Positions 46,116-50,305 of a stretch of DNA of 50,305 nt are shown piece by piece. The notes below the pieces were generated by a model that made no database searches, was not told the DNA's origin, and saw only the letters and a list, made by a program, of their open reading frames with translations. Position numbers and translations under genes: made by a program. Source of the DNA: a virus (taxonomy: Duplodnaviria > Caudoviricetes); IMG/VR virus record IMGVR_UViG_3300033388_003879, positions 1-50,305 of that record. The stretch is one strand, 5' to 3'. How positions within the stretch are numbered: position 1 is the stretch's first letter; each line of letters starts with the position of its first letter.

Positions 46116-46706
46116 ATGACATATAAAACAATACCAACAATGAATAAAAAGAATCATGATGATTTCTCAATATCTGGAAATATTATTACAATCAATGACA
46201 CTGATTACGATCTGGAAAATCCACAAGTACTGCAAGAAATCGGTAAAGATGAGGAAGACAATCCAATCCTTGAATCATATGAAAATCAAAGAGTCTACCT
46301 TGAAAATGATATCTGCTATGTCAGGTTGATTGTAGATTTTTTACAGTTTCATTTATTTGCTAATAGCGGATATCTCATTTTTCATGATAAAGATTCTAAT
46401 GGTGAATTGGATTTATTGGAATATATGAATTTTTTAGGTTGTCTGTTAAACTCGGATTCTGAGCGTAGAGAAGAACATAGACAAGTAATAACTGAGTTTT
46501 GCTTAAAGTCAGTCTCTGAAAAGAACCCCGATAAAGCAAGGGAATTTTACAACAGTAGAACACCTGGAACTTTAAGAGCAAATTACACGAGGACTTTGAA
46601 ACAGTTTATTGCTGATAACAAACTTGATGAAGTTTTTAAAGCTGAAGTTATGAGCGGTTATGAGGCATGGTTGAAACATGTTAAGGATTGCATGGAAGTG
46701 AAGTAA
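46116..46706 (+). CDS. post-fibre tail-associated/assembly protein
   Basis: Position; SGNIITINDTDYDL motif. Confidence 0.55.
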   Translation: MTYKTIPTMNKKNHDDFSISGNIITINDTDYDLENPQVLQEIGKDEEDNPILESYENQRVYLENDICYVRLIVDFLQFHLFANSGYLIFHDKDSNGELDLLEYMNFLGCLLNSDSERREEHRQVITEFCLKSVSEKNPDKAREFYNSRTPGTLRANYTRTLKQFIADNKLDEVFKAEVMSGYEAWLKHVKDCMEVK

Positions 46707-46814
46707 AAAAAATGGCCGGAGTATTATTCCGGTCAAGGTGTCATCTTTAGATATCGTATAAATTGCTTTGCAAATAAATAGTACTGATTATTCAATGATA
46801 AGTCAATAAAAAGA

Positions 46815-46831
46815 GGGGCGGTTAAGCCCCT
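46815..46831 (-). terminator. intrinsic terminator
   Basis: GGGGC/GCCCC hairpin followed by T-run on the minus strand. Confidence 0.65.
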
Positions 46832-46931
46832 ATTAATCAACTGAACAAATCAAAACCTTGCTGTGATTCTTCACAAGTCCCATTATTTTCACTTTCAGAA
46901 AACAACCATTTAATAAATTCTATAATCTTTT

Positions 46932-47723
46932 TCATTGTGGATAATCCTTCCATAAATCAGGAATAGTTTCTTCAGGATACCGATTTAAAATATCAGCAGC
47001 AATAATCAAATCGTCAAAACTCATATCTGTAAAATCAATACCGAAAAACTCATACATATTATTATTGATAAACAGAAAACTATCACTACTATTTATCTGC
47101 ATATCAATCATTATTTTCCTAACGTCGCCACTATAAACTTTATTCATTTCTTCCCAGAAATTGACGATACCACCGATCATAATACTATCCTCAGAAACTA
47201 TCAGTTGATCGCTCACAGCTCCACCATGTCCCGATAAATGATATCTAGTCTCCGAGTATTCCGGTATTTCCGGCTCAGGTGGCGGATAAATAAAAGTTAA
47301 CATTTCCTGAAATTCTTCACCATTCATATTTTGCGGATCAATATTTTTTATATCTATCATATTGTTATTGATGAAATAAAACGACGTGTAACTATCAATT
47401 GTAATTTGTACCGATATAATTCTCTCGGTATCTGTATATGATGTTTTAACAGGTAATCCGTTTACATCAGGAGTCATCGTCTCGATATTATATTCTGTAC
47501 CGTCAAAATCAATAATAGGATCTGATAATTCCAGTGCCGTTGTTTCTGATCCACTGTAACCGGAAATTTTGAAAATATTTTGAAATATAATTATTTCAGG
47601 CTCGACAGTTATCTCATCCTCTACCGGTGGTGGATCTGTTACCGGCATATCTGGAAGATATTCTAAAGCCGGTTCACAGCTGAAGAATAAAATTGTTAAT
47701 AATATAAATAATAATTTTTTCAT
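46932..47723 (-). CDS. lipoprotein with two internal repeats
   Basis: MKKLLFILLTILFFSC lipobox; FINNNM occurs twice. Confidence 0.8.
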   Translation of the reverse strand: MKKLLFILLTILFFSCEPALEYLPDMPVTDPPPVEDEITVEPEIIIFQNIFKISGYSGSETTALELSDPIIDFDGTEYNIETMTPDVNGLPVKTSYTDTERIISVQITIDSYTSFYFINNNMIDIKNIDPQNMNGEEFQEMLTFIYPPPEPEIPEYSETRYHLSGHGGAVSDQLIVSEDSIMIGGIVNFWEEMNKVYSGDVRKIMIDMQINSSDSFLFINNNMYEFFGIDFTDMSFDDLIIAADILNRYPEETIPDLWKDYPQ

Positions 47724-47778
47724 TTAATCTCTCCTAATCTATATTTTATCACAGCCCTGAATAAACAGGGCTTAAATG

Positions 47779-48141
47779 CTAAAAAGGAATGTCCGAGTCA
47801 TCGAAAGATTCACAACTATCATATGGCGGTGGCGGTGTGAATGGCTTACTTTCCGGCTCTGGCTTATTCTCCTGCTCACTAACAGTTAAATGCCAGATCT
47901 TAACATCTATATACCATTTCTCATTATATTTTCTCTGGAAAATCTGACCGGATGTAATTTCAATCACGTCACCCTTTACTATTTCTTTTTCCGAAGCTGA
48001 ACCCAAAAGCAGACAGTCAAACCATGTGCAATATTCGGTTTCTCCATTTTTATCCTTTCTACCGTCTCCAAGGTCAAGTTTAGTGTATCCATTAGATTCT
48101 TTTACTTCCCAGACCTTCATGAATTTTCCTTTAATATCCAT
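47779..48141 (-). CDS. ssb: single-stranded DNA-binding protein
   Basis: TWFDC, KGDVIEITSG, acidic tail DDSDIPF. Confidence 0.85.
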   Translation of the reverse strand: MDIKGKFMKVWEVKESNGYTKLDLGDGRKDKNGETEYCTWFDCLLLGSASEKEIVKGDVIEITSGQIFQRKYNEKWYIDVKIWHLTVSEQENKPEPESKPFTPPPPYDSCESFDDSDIPF

Positions 48142-48170
48142 ATATTACCTCTCTTTATTGATCTACTATT

Positions 48171-48199
48171 ATATTAACATACTATAATAGTAGATGCAA
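48171..48199 (-). promoter_or_regulatory. promoter with inverted ACATACTAT motif
   Basis: TTGCAT-17-TAATAT with extended TG. Confidence 0.7.
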
Positions 48200-48210
48200 G
48201 TATTTATTTT

Positions 48211-48465
48211 TTATAAATCCGTATCGTGCCACAATTCCCAAAGCCAGAATTTACCTTTTCTGGTTAATTTGTATTTACTGGTGATCAATCCTAATTCTAT
48301 TAAAATGGTTTCAGAAGTGTGACCTTGAGAATATCCAGAAGCACATTTTAAAATCCCGTTCCTGACTACTTGAGTTTTAGTTAGACTTCCGAAATTAGCG
48401 TTACCCCAAACTTTATTTACTTCTATATTAAAATCGTATAGAGTTTGGCTGAATTTTTTCATCAT
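48211..48465 (-). CDS. hypothetical winged-helix-like protein
   Basis: LIELGLI...YKLTRKG. Confidence 0.6.
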   Translation of the reverse strand: MMKKFSQTLYDFNIEVNKVWGNANFGSLTKTQVVRNGILKCASGYSQGHTSETILIELGLITSKYKLTRKGKFWLWELWHDTDL

Positions 48466-50305
48466 TCCCCTCCCATGAAAAAATCTTCTACATTAACGGT
48501 ATTCAATCCCATTCCTTCAGCTATTTCACTATGACTGACAGATATCAATTTTCTCTTTCCATCCATAGCCTGTATGAGCATATTATAGAAGTCAATCATT
48601 GCCTCTTTATCCAAAGATCCATCGGCTTCATCGATAATACTCCACAAATATGTTCTACCTGATCTTTTAGATCTCACATAACTAATAGCTTCCTGTATGG
48701 CTTTTATGCCCCAAAGTGACTGACTACCGGATAAATTAGGTAAGTTCTTAGGTTCAAATCCTTTGGCATCATGAATCATTATAGCAAATTTTTCCGCTAT
48801 CTGATTTTTACTGTCCAGATCCTGCGTAATTATATCAACAGAAAATCGGTTATTATAATCAGATAAAAATTCATTTGCTTTCTGATTTATAGCCGGAGCA
48901 AGTAAAGATAACTCAAGAGCAGGAATTCCTTTAGAATTAAAAGTAGATTCCACTATCTCCCATTCAGTTAAATCCGCTTGCTGTTTATTGAGGCTGTCAG
49001 TCAACAGTTTGATTTTCTCTTCCCTCTCTATGTTTTTCTGCAGTTGTTTCTTTAGAGCTTCAATTTCAGCGGTTAAACGGCCTATTTCAGATGAATCCAG
49101 GTTGATTTGACCTTCGATTGTCTGAATAATCAGTTTAATGGAATTGTATTCTTTAATATCTACCGGCTTAATCTCTGATTTTAAAGTTTCAACCTGTTCT
49201 GATATTTCAGATATCCGATTATTTTTCTGATTTATTGATGTTTCAAGTTCTGTTTTTCTGTCTTCAGAAGATTTCAAACCGTTGATAATCGTTTCCAGTT
49301 CTGAAATTTTGGAAGGATCGGGCTTAAATAAATCCATTGACTTTTTAAATTCTGCTATTCCTTCCGGTTTAACCGGTTTTGGGAAAATTGAATCCTGTAT
49401 TATTTTATAATCGTCGCGGAGATTTTGGAGATCTGTAGCACCAGTGGCTATAAGCTTGCCATTAGAAAGAATATTTTTAGCCAAAATTTCTATATTTTTA
49501 TTAAACTCAGATATCTCTTTTTCGGCTGTTGTAGATAGTTTCTTACAGTGTTCACATGGCTTATTCAGAAATGATACCGAAGTTTTCATTTTTTCTACAT
49601 CATTTTTAAATCCAATGTTCAAGTTTTCATTTTTATCGATTTCTTTTTTTATCGATTCCGCTTGTCCTTTAATAACTTCCAGCTTCTCATCTTCAATATC
49701 TTTTTCACTCTGCCAGTCCTCAACCTTCTTGTTAAATGCTCCCTGAGCCTCAAAATAAGCCCGTGATGCATTACCGTGACTTTCCTGTACAGTTTTAAGG
49801 TTTTCAAGTTCAGAGCGTGTGCTATCGATATTTTTAAGGCTGTGGCTTATATTCCGTAGCTCGTGGTCGAGTAATGCATTATCTGAAGTAAGGTTTGTTG
49901 CCTCACTCATGATAGTTGATATCTGAGAATCTATATTGCTATTTTCTAGAACGGTTTTTTCATAGCCGGAAAGCTCAGTTTTTTTATCAGTCAATGACGA
50001 TTTATTATTAGATAATGAGACTTCTTTGCCAGTTATTGATATTTTACATCTTTCAATTTCTGTTTTTATGTCACCAACCGATTCCTCAACAGCTCCCAAC
50101 ACTTCTACTTCACGATTATCAAGAGCAATATTACTTTTCAATTTCTTAACTTCAGAGTTCGCATAGTTTTTAATAGGAGTCCTGTCTATACCTGAAAGCT
50201 CTGTAAAAATCTGTCTCAAATCTGCTTCTTTCGCATTTTCTAACGACGGCATTTTTAAATTTTCTTTCTGAGCTTTTAAAACAGTAGCCATAAACATTTT
50301 AACAG
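48462..50305 (-). CDS. SbcC/Rad50/SMC-like ATPase, N-terminus outside window
   Basis: Coiled coil with central CEHC zinc hook; LSGSQ signature; IIDEADGSLD; VSH. Confidence 0.88.
   Translation of the reverse strand, partial: VKMFMATVLKAQKENLKMPSLENAKEADLRQIFTELSGIDRTPIKNYANSEVKKLKSNIALDNREVEVLGAVEESVGDIKTEIERCKISITGKEVSLSNNKSSLTDKKTELSGYEKTVLENSNIDSQISTIMSEATNLTSDNALLDHELRNISHSLKNIDSTRSELENLKTVQESHGNASRAYFEAQGAFNKKVEDWQSEKDIEDEKLEVIKGQAESIKKEIDKNENLNIGFKNDVEKMKTSVSFLNKPCEHCKKLSTTAEKEISEFNKNIEILAKNILSNGKLIATGATDLQNLRDDYKIIQDSIFPKPVKPEGIAEFKKSMDLFKPDPSKISELETIINGLKSSEDRKTELETSINQKNNRISEISEQVETLKSEIKPVDIKEYNSIKLIIQTIEGQINLDSSEIGRLTAEIEALKKQLQKNIEREEKIKLLTDSLNKQQADLTEWEIVESTFNSKGIPALELSLLAPAINQKANEFLSDYNNRFSVDIITQDLDSKNQIAEKFAIMIHDAKGFEPKNLPNLSGSQSLWGIKAIQEAISYVRSKRSGRTYLWSIIDEADGSLDKEAMIDFYNMLIQAMDGKRKLISVSHSEIAEGMGLNTVNVEDFFMGGE

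Noticed and set aside
15804-49746. Many short antisense or alternate-frame ORFs within structural genes (e.g. 19417-19782, 38890-39285, 42760-43029, 49444-49746)
   Set aside because: Shadows of well-supported genes, with no RBS or motifs
1-50305. Stop-codon reassignment
   Set aside because: Long conserved genes are intact in code 11, and TAA, TGA and TAG all end genes at natural boundaries
1-50305. CRISPR array, retron/DGR, integrase or transposase
   Set aside because: No regularly spaced repeat-spacer array and no RT, integrase or transposase motifs seen

Overview
An AT-rich tailed phage or prophage segment covering most of a genome; both ends cut through genes and no integrase is visible. 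Left part (1-11 kb): early/replication genes, including ribbon-helix-helix (RHH) and HTH regulators on overlapping divergent promoters, an initiator with internal iterons, a degenerate DnaC-like protein, HNH, Lar-like and ASCH proteins. Middle and right (11-46.7 kb): terminase, an HK97-type head and a Mu-like contractile tail, repeatedly interrupted by self-promoted cassettes of small genes and by the lysis module. Right end: a lipoprotein, SSB and an SbcC/Rad50-like ATPase on the minus strand. Spanins and lipoboxes imply a diderm host; a spirochaete is only a guess. The most striking signals are non-coding. (1) Three RNA elements with largely unrelated sequences share one architecture: promoter, 5' hairpin loop a, site b, then a long terminator hairpin carrying b' in its apical loop and a' in a 3' bulge. 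Two precede HNH endonuclease genes and one is an orphan. (2) A ~97-nt sRNA is complementary to the AAGAGAGG ribosome-binding site and AGATTAAATT leader of early genes, while several structural genes look leaderless. (3) A shared ACATACYAT operator-like motif sits in seven promoters. terL is broken by an apparent ~120-bp deletion. All family calls come from motif recognition by eye, not from database searches.
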